64,000 bases of DNA from Raillietiella orientalis (lineage: Eukaryota), in contig JAYWIR010000055.1 of the NCBI GenBank assembly GCA_036172245.1, forward strand, positions 434,001 through 498,000. The letters are read 5' to 3'. Every line of letters begins with the position of its first letter. The first letter of the stretch is position 1. Both the position numbers and the translations under genes were made by a program. The notes beneath the pieces are model-generated. The model made no database searches and had not been told where the DNA came from. It was given only the letters and a program-made list of their open reading frames with translations. Positions 23,101 to 33,608 of this stretch are shown here, piece by piece.

Positions 23101-23174
23101 CTCGACATATTTACGGAAGTGCTGCAATTCAACAGGTTTGGTTGTTAAAGCTTCTACAACTTTATTCTCTTCAG
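7376..23174 (-). CDS. Ptp36E: Ptp36E-like protein tyrosine phosphatase with tandem D1+D2 PTP domains (15 core exons; N-terminal exon(s) lie further upstream)
   Basis: Exons in transcript order: 23059-23174, 22922-23009, 22600-22676, 17139-17273, 16877-17008, 14221-14375, 13355-13490, 13145-13294, 12786-12885, 11218-11294, 10657-10788, 8316-8441, 7680-7867, 7493-7628, 7376-7441. All GT-AG with matching phases, 1814 nt. Motifs PYDYNRVVL, DYINASYID, YIVTQGP, WRMVWQE, QYWP, FHYTEWPCH, HCSDGGGRSG, DYINAVFID, VDVFQAVK, EYKYCYD. The C-terminal IVSLTELMAGVKAE...KVPTSTNS matches remembered arthropod Ptp36E. Confidence 0.92.
7493..7628 (-). CDS. Ptp36E: Ptp36E-like exon (DGRSRAGVYC...QLVDNM)
   Basis: tag acceptor; tandem donors GTTGTAAG. 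Confidence 0.9.
7680..7867 (-). CDS. Ptp36E: Ptp36E-like exon (IVSLTELMAG...GPVVVVS)
   Basis: cag acceptor, gtacga donor; D2 WP loop. Confidence 0.92.
8316..8441 (-). CDS. Ptp36E: Ptp36E-like exon (QFPHFWP...FRIDKK)
   Basis: FWP motif; tag acceptor, gtgagt donor. Confidence 0.9.
8930..9260 (+). mobile_element. RTE-like LINE 3' relic
   Basis: Frameshifted remnants SREEVLQ, IDELFELAELRCT and ETPADCLLGR, resembling SNEEVLRR...QLRWxGHVxRMPxDRLPR. Confidence 0.35.
10657..10788 (-). CDS. Ptp36E: Ptp36E-like exon (GYTYPKEYIVTEWPL...VPAS)
   Basis: TISDFWSLVYD motif; tag acceptor, gtgagc donor. Confidence 0.92.
11218..11294 (-). CDS. Ptp36E: Ptp36E-like exon (PDNARPYL...DYINAVFID)
   Basis: DYINA motif; cag acceptor, gtgagt donor. 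Confidence 0.92.
12786..12885 (-). CDS. Ptp36E: Ptp36E-like exon (QISKLTPKF...NREKNRDVVTVP)
   Basis: D2 NxxKNR motif; cag acceptor, gtaag donor. Confidence 0.92.
13145..13294 (-). CDS. Ptp36E: Ptp36E-like exon (EQLRFVYE...QKEFE)
   Basis: End of D1 and interdomain linker; cag acceptor, gtagg donor. Confidence 0.92.
13355..13490 (-). CDS. Ptp36E: Ptp36E-like exon (SDGGGRSG...GAIENV)
   Basis: Completes HCSDGGGRSG; cag acceptor, gtgcgt donor. Confidence 0.92.
14221..14375 (-). CDS. Ptp36E: Ptp36E-like exon (ARRTILQFHYTEWPCH...PIVVHC)
   Basis: WPD-loop equivalent and start of the P-loop; cag acceptor, gtgcgt donor. Confidence 0.92.
16877..17008 (-). CDS. Ptp36E: Ptp36E-like exon (VMCSQYWP...MSKGN)
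   Basis: CxQYWP motif; tag acceptor, gtgagt donor. Confidence 0.92.
17139..17273 (-). CDS. Ptp36E: Ptp36E-like exon (SLIKPKAYIVTQGP...FDFIK)
   Basis: TQGP and WRMVWQE motifs; tag acceptor, gtaac donor. Confidence 0.92.
18084..18191 (-). pseudogene. Decayed intragenic duplicate of the PTP exon/intron/exon segment 13281-13406
   Basis: aacctcagctgctcctgcgacctggagacgcgcggtcgggtagg...gcacgcacccacgctatcgatcgcccccttcctggctgagaggaccctcg aligns with aatctcagctgctcctgcggcatggagacgcggtcaggtagg...gcacgcaccacgttctcgatggcccccttcctggccgagcggatcctcg. Translates as SARKGAIDSV...QEQLRF versus SARKGAIENV...QEQLRF. Confidence 0.85.
20050..20900 (-). mobile_element. RTE-like LINE reverse transcriptase relic
   Basis: SVRKGDAAALGAQDFVVAM (cf. 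GVRQGxxLSPxLFxxxM), then NHSWEDNPSVKK...KTVRW (cf. ISWxDRVSN...RLRW). Confidence 0.4.
22600..22676 (-). CDS. Ptp36E: Ptp36E-like exon (YDYNRVVL...DYINASYID)
   Basis: Canonical PTP motifs; cag acceptor, gtaagg donor. Confidence 0.92.
22922..23009 (-). CDS. Ptp36E: Ptp36E-like exon (NGCRVESH...KNQNSSIIP)
   Basis: cag acceptor, gtaagt donor; position of the KNRY-equivalent loop. Confidence 0.88.
23059..23174 (-). CDS. Ptp36E: Ptp36E-like exon (EENKVVEALTTKPVELQHF...KIEFR)
   Basis: aag acceptor, gtaagt donor, phase 1 to 0. Confidence 0.85.
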
Positions 23175-23487
23175 CTTTGAAATTCAAAATGCATGAGAAA
23201 ATTCGCCTGTACACTCGAATAATTATTGATGTTTCTCTTTACTAAAAGATGAAAGAATTTACAATTCCATGCGCAAATCCTTTAATCGCGGACAACCGAA
23301 CGCCACCGAGGCGCCGAAACTTCGGGACGTTCCTTCTGCGACATGGGGATCGACGTTTTCCCGACCTCATGAAGGAAGTTTCCGTTCGAAAAATGAAAAA
23401 CAAACCGGGAAAGAGCAACCAGTGGCACTCGGGACCACTGCCCAGTTGACCAGCAAGTGGAAGCAGTCGACAAGCCCTCCCCCACAC

Positions 23488-23540
23488 CTTCGAAGAAATA
23501 GAAAAGCTGTGAGTAATGCGCGCTGTAGGTCCAGTAAGAC
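23488..23540 (-). CDS. Possible 53-nt linker exon (SYWTYSAHYSQLFYFFE)
   Basis: cttgtcag acceptor and G|gtgtgg donor. Phase 2 to 1 would join the TM exon to exon 23059-23174 in frame. No homology support. Confidence 0.25.
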
Positions 23541-23627
23541 CTGACAAGAGTCTACGTAGCCTCATACGTCAAGGTCGCAGTGACATGACTGAAAAGGACG
23601 TTTCTTCAAAAAAAAGACGTCGAGCTA

Positions 23628-24717
23628 TTGGCTGGGGCGCATAAGGAAGAAGGGCGCACGCACAGGGGCAGCATCTCTCAACCCTCAAGACAGGGTGACG
23701 AAGGCAGGGGAAGGGGGATGGAAGGGGGTGCGAATCGCGGCTTCGGCAACTCCCTCGAGACAGAACGCCAGGCCGCACGCAAGCGCAACAGCACGGGACG
23801 ATGGTCACCGACTCTTCCGACCCACCCCCCGGCGCCGACCGACGCGCGCCGCCACACCAACCACGAAGACGCGCGTCCTCCCCACGCACCTCACCGCAAG
23901 CTACCCTCCTGCCCCCCTCCCCCTTCCGCGACAGCCACCTCGGACAGTCCAGCGCACTTGCGCGCCGGACGCTTCCGCCGCCCATCCTGGCGATCCGTCC
24001 CAGGCGATCGCCTGACCCGACCCGCCCAGCCAGCACGCACGTCCACTTTGCCCGCTTCCGGCTAGCAGGGACGAGAGTGGGCTTCCCACCGTCTGCTAAG
24101 GGTGGGGGACAACGGCGATGCCGTTCGGCTTTGCTGCTTCCCTCTGCGCACCCGTCCGAGACCCCCGCAGGAGCGGCCGTAACGGGGGCGCACTGAGCCC
24201 GTTGAGGAGGCCGCTCCGGCTTGTCCCCGCACAGCCCACGCCCCGGCAGCCGCGGCCCCGCTTGCCAAGCGATCGTCGGCACGCGACGGGCCCCAAAGCC
24301 CGGACACCAACGCGCACCTTTGCTCCCTGGCTGCCGACGCCGCCCGAGCGCCAACGACGCACCAGCACTTCGCGCTTCCGCAGGCTCGCCAACCGACCGA
24401 CCCGCCGCCGCCCGGCTCCGACGTGGCAGAGACGCGGACGACGCCGCTCCGGAAGGAAGCGCGCACTGCTTTGGGTGGCTGCCGCCGCGAGCGCCCACCC
24501 TTCCCGCCTGCTCCCCTTTCCGACGCCCGCCCCTCGCAACGCTCCCTCCCCATCCTCCGTTCGCCCGGAATCCGCCCGCCCCCTCCTCGGGAGGGGTCGC
24601 GCCGCGCCCGTCGGGATCGACCGGAATGGCGCCGCTCGGCCAGCCAGCTGCCTTGGGTTGCACCGGGAAGGCAGGGGAACCCGGGAAGACGAGGCGAGGC
24701 GGGGCAGCCGCCGGCGC
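23628..24717. repeat. Interspersed 1.09-kb very GC-rich repeat, copy 1
   Basis: Direct repeat of 43785-44874 (offset 20157). ORF-track translations of both copies are identical through the core; only two mismatches seen, near the ends. Confidence 0.95.
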
Positions 24718-24799
24718 GGGTCAGCTCCTGCCGGACGGCGATGGCGTCAACCTCCTGGACGAAGAACTTTTTCCGTATTCAGGCTGTTGTTTGTTTTTT

Positions 24800-25480
24800 T
24801 CTTTTCCTCTTTTTTTTGTTGAGTACCGAAGCAAATCTCTTAGTTATCATTGTCCTGCAACTGAAGAAACTTTCCCGGAAGATTGTGTTGAAAGATTTGT
24901 TTATGCAGCCAACATGCTAAGGCGATCAAGGGCTTCCAGTGGCTTCTTTGTCCATCCGAGTTGCTGCTTCTTGCTGTCTCCCGGATACAGGGGTGGTTCT
25001 TTTCGTGAAGTGCTTTGAGAAATGCTCGGCGTGGTTTTGTTAACGACATCCTGCGACTCATGCCTTTGGTTGCCAGGTGCCTGATGTGCTCCCATTAGGA
25101 GCCTCAGCGGGTTTCCTTCTCCGATGAGACACCAAATTCTCAAGGCCCGATTTCTTGATTCCTTTGAGCTCCACTTGTTCGTTCGTCTACGTGTGACTCC
25201 TGACAAGGGAAAGTGGATGGCTTGCTAAGAAAGAGTCCCAGATGAAGAAGAGCCTGAAGTCATAATCTTGGTCTTGTGACCACGCTAGTCTGCGCTTGGT
25301 TGCCCGGAGCATGTCCGGACTGTGCTGGACACCATTAGCTTGCTGAGCTCGCTCGTGCACCTTCTTGGAATTTCCAGCTCTTTCAGGGCACAGTCGTTTA
25401 AGGTGTCTCAGGATTCCGACGAGCCCTTCTCTTTTTTCGCGTGCCTTCTTCAAGGGTTGCTGACGCTCTCTCGAATAGGC
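24800..25480 (-). mobile_element. I/jockey-like LINE RT relic with A-rich tail
   Basis: SKKVHERAQQANGVQH, SGVTRRRTNKWSSKESRNRALR (cf. LGVTLDRKLTWxxHIxxxRNKA) and LRLLMGA (cf. LRxITGA). A-rich 3' end at ~24790-24820. Confidence 0.4.
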
Positions 25481-25789
25481 ATTATGGAAGTGAACCACGC
25501 GTGGACTGCGAAGAGGCCGCCAGTGCTTTCCTCCTACTTCTCCCAGTAGGGGAGAGGGAATGCCGCCGCCCCGAAAGGTGTGGTGGAGAGCGCGCTCAGC
25601 TCCGCAGAACTCCAAGGGATTGAAGTGGATGGAAAGCGCATTGTCCCAACCAATTATAAGTTCCCGGAATCCGCCACTAAGGTATGTCCGATGGATGTTT
25701 CATCCAACGGTGACGCCAATTACTCAAGTGCCGCTCTCGATTTTTTAGAGAATTCATATAAACAGAGTTCTCAAGACGAGGAAGAATAA

Positions 25790-26250
25790 ATAGATCGAGG
25801 AAATCAATGATCTTGGGGATGAGATCACGTTTCAGGGTCTTGACGGTGGTCTCTAGTAGCGTGCTGGCATCACTACGAGCCCTAGAAAGTGTTGAAGGAA
25901 GGGGATCACGTCGACCCAGATGAGTGTTGGGAAGAAACGTGCCAGTGCTCGTGAAGGCACGTTCCTGCGATGGAAAGGTGCCAGTGTCGATGAATGACGC
26001 TGGCGACGTCAAATAGTAGGCGGCACCTGTGGGCAGGACGCAGTGCAAGTGGACACGGACGGAGCCGTGGCGCATCGGCAGATGGAGGAGTTAACCCGTT
26101 GACCCCTAGCAGGGATCAGATAGGCATGTTCGCAGTAGCTGCTGTTGTTGTTCGCCAACAGAGAATATTAGGTTTCCTGGACCATGCACCAGTGATCGGC
26201 AGCTCCGGAAAGGCTGCCTGCCAAACCCCGCAGCTTACAACGTGAGCGTT
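25790..26250 (-). mobile_element. CR1/L2-like LINE 3' end relic
   Basis: Ends in TTVKTLKRDLIPKIIDFLD, resembling the RTxRxKNSFIPxAIRLLN ORF2 terminus. Confidence 0.3.
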
Positions 26251-26479
26251 TTCAGGGAAGTAGGCGAAAGGGCAGTGCCTGGTAGTTTTATCGGGATCAG
26301 GCTGCTCCCATTCCCGTAGGGAAGAGAGGGCACCTTCGAGGGTGGGGGACGATCCCGGTTCTAGAAAGGACGGAATGGGATGGGAGGAGATCCTCTCTGA
26401 GGAACGGGAACGAGGTCCTTAGTGACTACCTTGAATGTGTCTTCCGAACAGCATTCTTGAAACCGAACCCACGCCTGCC

Positions 26480-27200
26480 TGCTCTGTGAGAGAGTCCTCC
26501 GCAGCTATCAGACGGTTTTGCTCTTCTTCCTTCGAACCGAAACGCTCTTCCCTGAGTCCGGATGGGCGATCATTCCTCGCCTTAGGTTCATGTCCCCTGT
26601 GTTTGGCCCACTTGTGTGGGGCCGTCTTCTGAAATTTGAAACTGAAGCAGTTGGTTCCCATCTTTCGCCTGGTCTAATAGTAGTTGCTATTATTAATTCT
26701 TCGCTGTTTTCATCTGTTTTTTTTGCTTTGTTTTGTTTTGAGAGAGCGCCGTGCTAAAATTTATCGCAGAAGCGTTTGCTCGGAAAATCAGGACGTACCC
26801 CCATCCAAATCCTTGTCTTCTGTACGCCTATGCGTACAGAAGACATGCAAAAAGGCTAAATGGAAAAAATCGGAACAGATCCACCATGATATTTTTCATT
26901 TACTTGCTGACGCGGATGTCGATGGACCACGATGACTGACCGAAGACTATTTCTCCCTCAGTCCTTCATGGAGAGAGAGGCAAAAGTCCTTCTGTGCAAT
27001 CGCAACGTCCGAGTGAGGACACCGGAAGCACCGGTCGAGGTGCTCACGGGCGCACAACCGTAAATGCCTCGTCCGAATGTGGAGCACAGGCGCCATCGCC
27101 GCCCTTGTACTTTTGCTTGTACCTTTTCTGGTTCTTGCTGGCACGGGTGCTTCCTCCTGCACACTCTTCGCGCTGCCTCTCACACTGCAATAGAGTCCCA
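26480..27200 (-). mobile_element. RTE-like LINE relic
   Basis: LFACLLYAYRRTEDKDLD...FSEQTLLR*IL (cf. PVLLYGCETWTLTK...FERKILRRI) and KWAKHRGHEPKARNDR (cf. RWAGHVxRxxxDR). Shares nucleotide similarity with 28335-28450. Confidence 0.45.
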
Positions 27201-28099
27201 TTTTTCACCTTGCCCTCGCCAGATCTTTAACTTATAAGCAGACAGCATCCTAAGCGATGGACCCAAAGCAAAGTACTAAATCATCCAGTTGAAATGCAGA
27301 TTCCGATGCCATTTAATTTATGTCTCACAAAATCTAAGGAACAGTAGGGCGGCCCCTCCAACGATCGCTTGACGCGATCCTGACGTCTACCGAAAAGTCA
27401 TCAAAGTCGGCTGGCAGAACCGTCTTTTCGTAGCAACGCGCAACATTTGGAAGAAGACGTTAGCTTCGAGGTTCTTCTTTATCTGTAGCTTTCCTGATCA
27501 GTTTTCCGCGTGGAAGAAACCGGGAAAGATATCTCTGAGTTCCTCGTTGAGACGCTTCGCAGAAATGAGCGACTTTGCAGGATCATGCGCTGGTTGCCTC
27601 TAAGCTGGGGGCAAAAGTCAGCTGCGATTGCAACGGTAGAATTTCGAGCCAGCTACTCGTGCTGGCCACGTGTTGGAACACAGAGGCCCTGGGTTTCGGA
27701 AAGCAATCAGAAGCGTTCCAAGAGGGGGCAGGAAAAACAAACAAGCAAACAAACGCAGTGAGAAAAACCTGCGCTCGAGGCCAGAGTCAGCCCCTCGGTC
27801 TAGGTCTCGGGCACCTTTCCGCGTTATGACAAAATTCTTCCCGCCACCTCGACTGGAGACACAAAAAGGTTTCGCAGTTTTGTGGAATCCGGTGGTTTGA
27901 TTCGTCTGGCGTACTTCTTGTGTGTGCGAAGTTCCGAACTCATCAGCACCAGAGAGATGCTGAACTGACTGGAGACGTGGTTTCCTTAATAAGATTGCTA
28001 AACCTTTGAACACGGCAACCGCGTTCGAAACATCGCCTTACTACAGAGCACAAGCAGACGCAGTGGTTGCGGGGAGCGTCAGCTCTTGCCACCTCCTGC

Positions 28100-28640
28100 T
28101 GGTCAGTGTCCCACATGCCCCGAGGTCAGCAGAGTGCGCAGGAGGAAGGGAAGCGTGGCGGCTCGAGCATCTGGAAGTCTGCGACTCGCACGTCGAAGGA
28201 ACCGTTCGTCTCGTGCGCAACGGACCCCGCAGGCCGCCAACGAGGTTGGGGTTGGGGAAAGTCGTTTCCAGGAATGCCGACCCCGTGCTGTGTGGTGTGT
28301 GAAGCGTGGAAGGAGTGACCGCGACGCCCTAGTCAGGACCCGGTCGAGGTGCGCGCGAGTGGGAAGGGCGGTGGGTACAGGCGCCCTAGAGCTGTGGAGA
28401 CGGTGGACTTCTCCATCGCCGTCCTCGTACTTTTGCGCCATTTCCCTTTTCGACACTTTCGAAGGCACAGATGCCGGCAGGACGTTTCACTGGAAGAATC
28501 GCCTCGCGAATACCTCCCTGCGCCCAACTGTCGCGCAAGCGACATCAACGCCGACGATGCTCGGGATGCCAAAACCGGAAGAGGCTACATCTCGCCCCGG
28601 GGAGCGTGCGCCCACAGTTATCCACAAGAGCCTTAGTTTC
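28100..28640 (-). mobile_element. RTE-like LINE relic related to 26480-27200
   Basis: ccatcgccgtcctcgtacttttgc versus ccatcgccgcccttgtacttttgc, and ccggtcgaggtgc shared with the ~27.0-27.1 kb copy. Confidence 0.35.
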
Positions 28641-30519
28641 CCATCCGTGTGATCCTGCCGCAGGGCAGCACCGTGCAAACGTTACTCGACAGTACTGAAA
28701 TGCCCGTGCTGTTCGCAGGAACGTCGAGTGCGAAAAGTTTTTCACAACAGATAGGAATGGGCCTTCGCACCATTACTTCGAACGTGCTGATAACTCACCA
28801 ACCTGAAACAGACTGCAAGGATGAAATTTCCCAGATCATTTGGAGAATTCTGCGCTCCGGCTTCCAGGCGCGTCCGGCGTTTGCTTGCCGTGGTGAGCCC
28901 CGTGAATGATTGAGGCGGGGCTAAAGTGCAGCACGTGCGTCATGCGCGTCTCAGCATCATTCATCTCAAGACTTATGAGCGGCAATTCCTGGATCGCACG
29001 AAAGTCATACGCTGCGCCAGTCAGGAACGCTCTCTCTCTCTCGATGCCTGGATCATCCCGGCAGGGAAGAAAAGGCGAGTAGGGAGGACGTCGCCACGGA
29101 GGTGCTCCGTGCGTGAACCGGGAGCACCAAGATGTGGGCTTCGGAGAAGCCATCGAGTGCAAGCAGCAGCACGTGACATCAGCGTTTGCTTTTCCACACA
29201 AACGGCGCACAAATAGCTCCATTCTCTCTGCCGAACCGAATCCTCGGACAGAGCGAGCATTACCATGCACTTGAACCTTATTCTTCTTCTGCTTCCGAAG
29301 TGCACTTCCGGTTCCCGCATGATAAACGCGTCAGTGCCACTTTTCCAGGCTGGACTCCCCTCCCGGATCCAGCCCATGCGCGCAAGGCGACTGGGAACTC
29401 GGTGGTTGGTTAGGCAAGCTGGAGCATCCGGAAGAATACCCTTCGCGGTGATGACGAATCATTTATGATGATGTATGTCGATCCTTGATTGCTTCATTGT
29501 GGCGTACGTGACCCGTGTGATTGGCATCAGCTGACATCGGAATCATTTTATATTTTATAAGGTGTCATTTTGGACGGCAGTCATTTTTTCGAGCAGCGGG
29601 TTTCCTGAGTCCAGGGAGAAAGTCCAACTCCTATTCTGGTCTTCTTACACCTTTGCCAGCGCGCTTCAAAAAGAAGTTTTTGCATGCCTCCAGCAGGAAT
29701 GAGATGGAAGACAACCGAGCTTTCTTCCTTAGCAGGGCAGCACGTTCCCACCGCTTCGTCGTCATGGCAACTCTGTTCCGTCGCCGTGGAAGGAAAAGAC
29801 TTTCGAAATCGCTCATGCGACCGCTCCAAAGCATTCCGCCTGCCTGTTGTTGCTCTGGATGGGCAGCTTTAGAGGGAACCTGCAGCAGGACGAGTTCTGA
29901 ACCGGCGAACGTCCCAACCCTGGGAGTGCTTCCCCCTTCCTGATCGCAGATCCCACCGTTTCGTCATCCCCACAAACGGGGCCGTGCTTGGTTGCATGTC
30001 GCCTGAGTATCCGTTGTAAGGGCCTGTGAATTTTGTCTCGGCCACGGGCGGTTCCAAAGTTCCGAAGAAGATTCAAACGTCCGTCTCGAACTCGGATTTG
30101 GTGAAAGCAGGAAGAGCGAAGGTGGTGATGGCGAAGGAAGAAGGCACGAGACACCGTAACGAAGCGAGGCATTCGGCTTTTCCCGATAGGAACATCATGG
30201 GAAACCCAACGGGACGGACGACCTCCCTTCGAAGAAGCGGCGGCGCCGCCGTGCGATCTCTGGAGACGAGTGGTTAGGGCGCTCCGGATGCAGCAGCCAC
30301 TCGCGCTGACGGAAAGAGAAGCTCGTCGGAAGCCCGCAGCGTCACTACGAGCATTTTCATCCTATTTTGTTTTTGTTTTCCGGCGGATCGTAGGATCCCC
30401 CGTTCCCCCCTCCCCCCCACTCGGGAAATCTGGTTCTGGACGAAGTTGCGCACATGTTCCCATCGTCAGGACGAGGGGCAGCCCACCCTTTGCTGAAGCA
30501 CGTGTTTTCCGAGTTGCCA

Positions 30520-31130
30520 AAAAGAATCGAATGACTTCCGAATGGAGTGCGAAAGGAATTTCAAGATGTGGACTCGGTCCTGTGTTTCCCAGGAACGAGA
30601 TGCAGCAGCATCTTCCGGCAAGCGTGGCGGAGTCAGATGCGCGCACCAGGAGGATCACAAGAAAGGTGATCCGTCCCGGTGGAAGGTGGAAAGCAGCAAG
30701 TGGACTCCTGGATCCGACAGCAAGATTTTTCCCAGATTTCCCAGCGGCGTCCCGGATCTCTTTGGGTCTCGCGCGCGAGCGCTTGAAGCCCTCGTCCCGA
30801 TGGCTCGGTGTCCCCCGACGCGAAGTCCCTAACGCATTACGGGAGAGCGCCAACGCACGTCCGACGGGGGAAAGATCTCGAGTGAAGCACAGGGACTCTG
30901 CGCGGGGCTCCGCGGCAGGAACGGATGGTTTAAAAAAAGAGCGTGCCCTCACCGGGCCGTGGGAACGCACAAGAGTCTGTCTTTTTCGGGCTTCCCCCAG
31001 TGATCTCCCGTGATGAACAGCGCATGCCGCGGGCGAATGGTGCGAATGTTCTCGCAGTGCACGTGGAGTCTCACTCTTTGGACGCATTTCACAGTGCAAG
31101 GCAAGCGCTCCGTCGCTGCCTCCGTATCTC
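30520..31130 (-). mobile_element. hAT (SPIN/GTF2IRD2-like) transposase relic
   Basis: ACAVHHGRSL (HCIIHQEAL), VRARS+LNH (IRARxLNHRQF), SHRDEGFKRSRARPKEIRDAAGKSGK (LSRGKVLKRFFELRKEIxxFxEKKGK) and ITFLVILL (LAFLVD), in colinear order. Confidence 0.5.
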
Positions 31131-31859
31131 AAGGAGCCTCGGAACGAAACAAATCAAAGTACCCTCAGCATGCGATTACAAAGAGTCATCTATTTATAAC
31201 TGCTTTCCTTCCAGTCTGGTTTGCGCCTCCCGGTGCTCATCCTCTGTGTACACTCAAAGAGATCTAAAAAAAAAAAAAAAAAAAGACATCCACGCTCTTC
31301 GGCGCAAATCGAGGATGGCAATGGCAGATCCCATTCGGAACAGCCGTTCCTCCCTGACGGAAGTCGAGGAAAGAAAGTACCGGACGCAGAGGAAGGAAGA
31401 AAAAAAGCTCAGTTGGAACGCGAAGACGACCCGGAGGACCGAGAGGAGAGCGTTCGTAGGAGATGGAAAGGATGAGCTGGAGATCAGCCTGCCGTCTTTT
31501 TCCTTTGCCATCTGAATCATCCAATCGTCCTGAACGTTTCCTTCTTGCCCTCGGGGCTGGAGAGCTTTCAGGCGGAAGAGAGATGCCGCTGGCGAGCGCG
31601 TCCCGCCCTCCTCCCTTCCTAAAGCGCACGGAAGCCAGAAGTGAAAAGAAAAACGACCTCCGGAGCGATTCCAAAACACGCCCCCAAGTCAAGAAGCCTC
31701 GATCCAGGAGAAAAGGACAAAGAATTTCGTGCTGCTTGCGTACTGAAAGGAATATTCCTTCTGGCTGTCTTCAACTGGAAACGCATCCGCTGACGGAGGA
31801 GCTCTTTGACTTTATCGAATGCTCGCACCGCATACGGTAGCGATTCCTCCGCGACTTTG

Positions 31860-32300
31860 GAAGCGGACCAAAAAACGACGGGTTGTTGAGTCTTTGATTA
31901 AGGACCGACTCCGGGAGGCTGGAGAGGACGCGGCTAGGAGCTGGGAAAACGATCGAGCCTGCGAGCCGATTCTGTCACTCCTGGCCGCGAGTTTTATTCC
32001 GCATCTCTCCTCGGAGATCGCCGCATCTTCTCCGGCAGCGGGACGGCGAGGGACTCGTTCCAGGCCTGATCAGCCCTTGCGGCTGGACCCTTTTGCCGGA
32101 CGCGGGAAAGAGCTCCGGTCCGACCCGGAAGGGTCCGCGCTGCTTTCCCGCCCTCCCTCGCTCCTCCGTGCGTTCCAAGAAGCAAAAGCGAAAATCCTCC
32201 GCCGTGCCAACTCCTGGCTGCTAACGAACGGTGCCACCACAGAACGGATGACGTCACTCAACGGAAATCGGTTGCGGAGAGTTGCGAGGGGCGCAGCCCA
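31860..32300 (+). mobile_element. hAT (Charlie/ZBED5-like) transposase relic
   Basis: VVESLIKDRL (IGETLIKP), EPILS (IPLS), DPFAGRGKELRSDPEGSALL (PFAIQLDESTDxxGxAQLL) and LLTNGATTE (LxTxTTGE). Confidence 0.4.
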
Positions 32301-32972
32301 CGGAGCGCACTTTCGCGCTCCGCGTGATTGATGCCTTCATCCCGCTATCGGCACACGATGCGACAGGGAGCACCAGGGGAACACTTCGAGCACTTCCGGG
32401 AGGATCCCCGCGACTCTCCTCCTTTCGGCAGACACGATCCACACCGCCTGCACCTTGCCCTCGGATTCCCGGGTCCCGCAGCGGCGGATGCGATCCATCT
32501 GCACCGCACGGGGTCCACATCCCCCAGGAATTTCACACCCGTGGATGCGCCGCGCGTCTTCCGGTTTTCCATCCGGAGAGTGTATCTACCCGTCGATTCG
32601 AGAGGCTATTCTAGGATGCGTAAAATTCCCACCCCCGTGGGGGGACTCGTAAAAATAAACCGCGGAGGGAAGAATCAACGTCCGACTCCCGAGCGCCTGA
32701 CAACTTATCCCGCAGCGTCGTCAAGAAGACGGCGAAGCCCCCGTCGCCGAGGCGGCATCCCTGCGAGCGGAACGGGCGGATCGGGAAGGGCATCGGCCAC
32801 CCCGGGGCAACCGAGCCGTGCGGAAATCCCGTTGCTGCGAACGCAGCCTCCCCGTTCCAGGATGCACGGGGGGAGGTCCGAGCGCCGTCATTTCGTTTAC
32901 GAGCACGCGGGGCATGCGCGGAGGGGGGAGGGGGGACCCTTCCTTCAACCTGGATGGGAATTCGAATCCCCC

Positions 32973-32998
32973 CCACCACCACCACCACCACCACCACC
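32973..32998. repeat. (CCA)n microsatellite
   Basis: ccaccaccaccaccaccaccaccacc. Confidence 0.9.
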
Positions 32999-33439
32999 GC
33001 CCCCTTCCCGAGGCCCCGTTTCCGGTTCCTGAAAACAGTGCAGTCCAGGTGATGCAGCAAGCAGCAAATCCGTGCACTTTTAAAATGGGTTCACGTGCGC
33101 GCGTGGTACACATGCGTGTAGGCATGTGCACGTCAGTATGACACCCAGTGAAGTGGCATGCCTTCACGCGCAGAAGACTTTCTATGAGGAGCACATGCAC
33201 AAAAATATCACACACACGCGCGCGCGCGCGCGTGGATCTACGCATACGAGGAGGACGCGTGGGGGGGGGGGGCGTAGGCATATACTGTTTCCATTATCAT
33301 GTTCATGCACGCACACTCCAGGTACGCAGGAGGAAAAAAAAAAAGGGGGGGGGGGAAAGGAAGAAGAATTATGGGAAACCTAAACACGTGTGCAGCGGGG
33401 ATGGGTTTTTCCAGAAGCCATGAACGAGAAGAAGCTTAC

Positions 33440-33608
33440 CTAACGACTGGGGAAGGAGACCACTGTTGATCATGGACAGCTGTATTCTTCCCGGCAGGGC
33501 TGCCAGCGTTTCGCCAGCAAGGTCGAGATACACGTTGTCATGACTCGTGATTTCGGACTGATTGCCAATTTTCTTCGAACGGTGCCGGCGTGTGCGTCGT
33601 TTATGCAT
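33440..33608 (-). CDS. Candidate alternative first coding exon of the PTP gene (MHKRRTRRHRSKK...SMINSGLLPQSL)
   Basis: Strong G|gtaagc donor in phase 1, matching the acceptor phase at 23174. Open frame from the ATG at 33608; would give a 660-aa protein. Lies in an AT-richer island with GA-rich tracts and a TCAGT initiator-like motif (~33943-33947, minus strand). Confidence 0.55.

Noticed and set aside
25580..25789. Protein-like short ORF (GIEVDGKRIVPTNYKFPES...QDEEE*)
   Set aside because: No ATG or clear splice context, no family I can recognise, and it sits between LINE relics.
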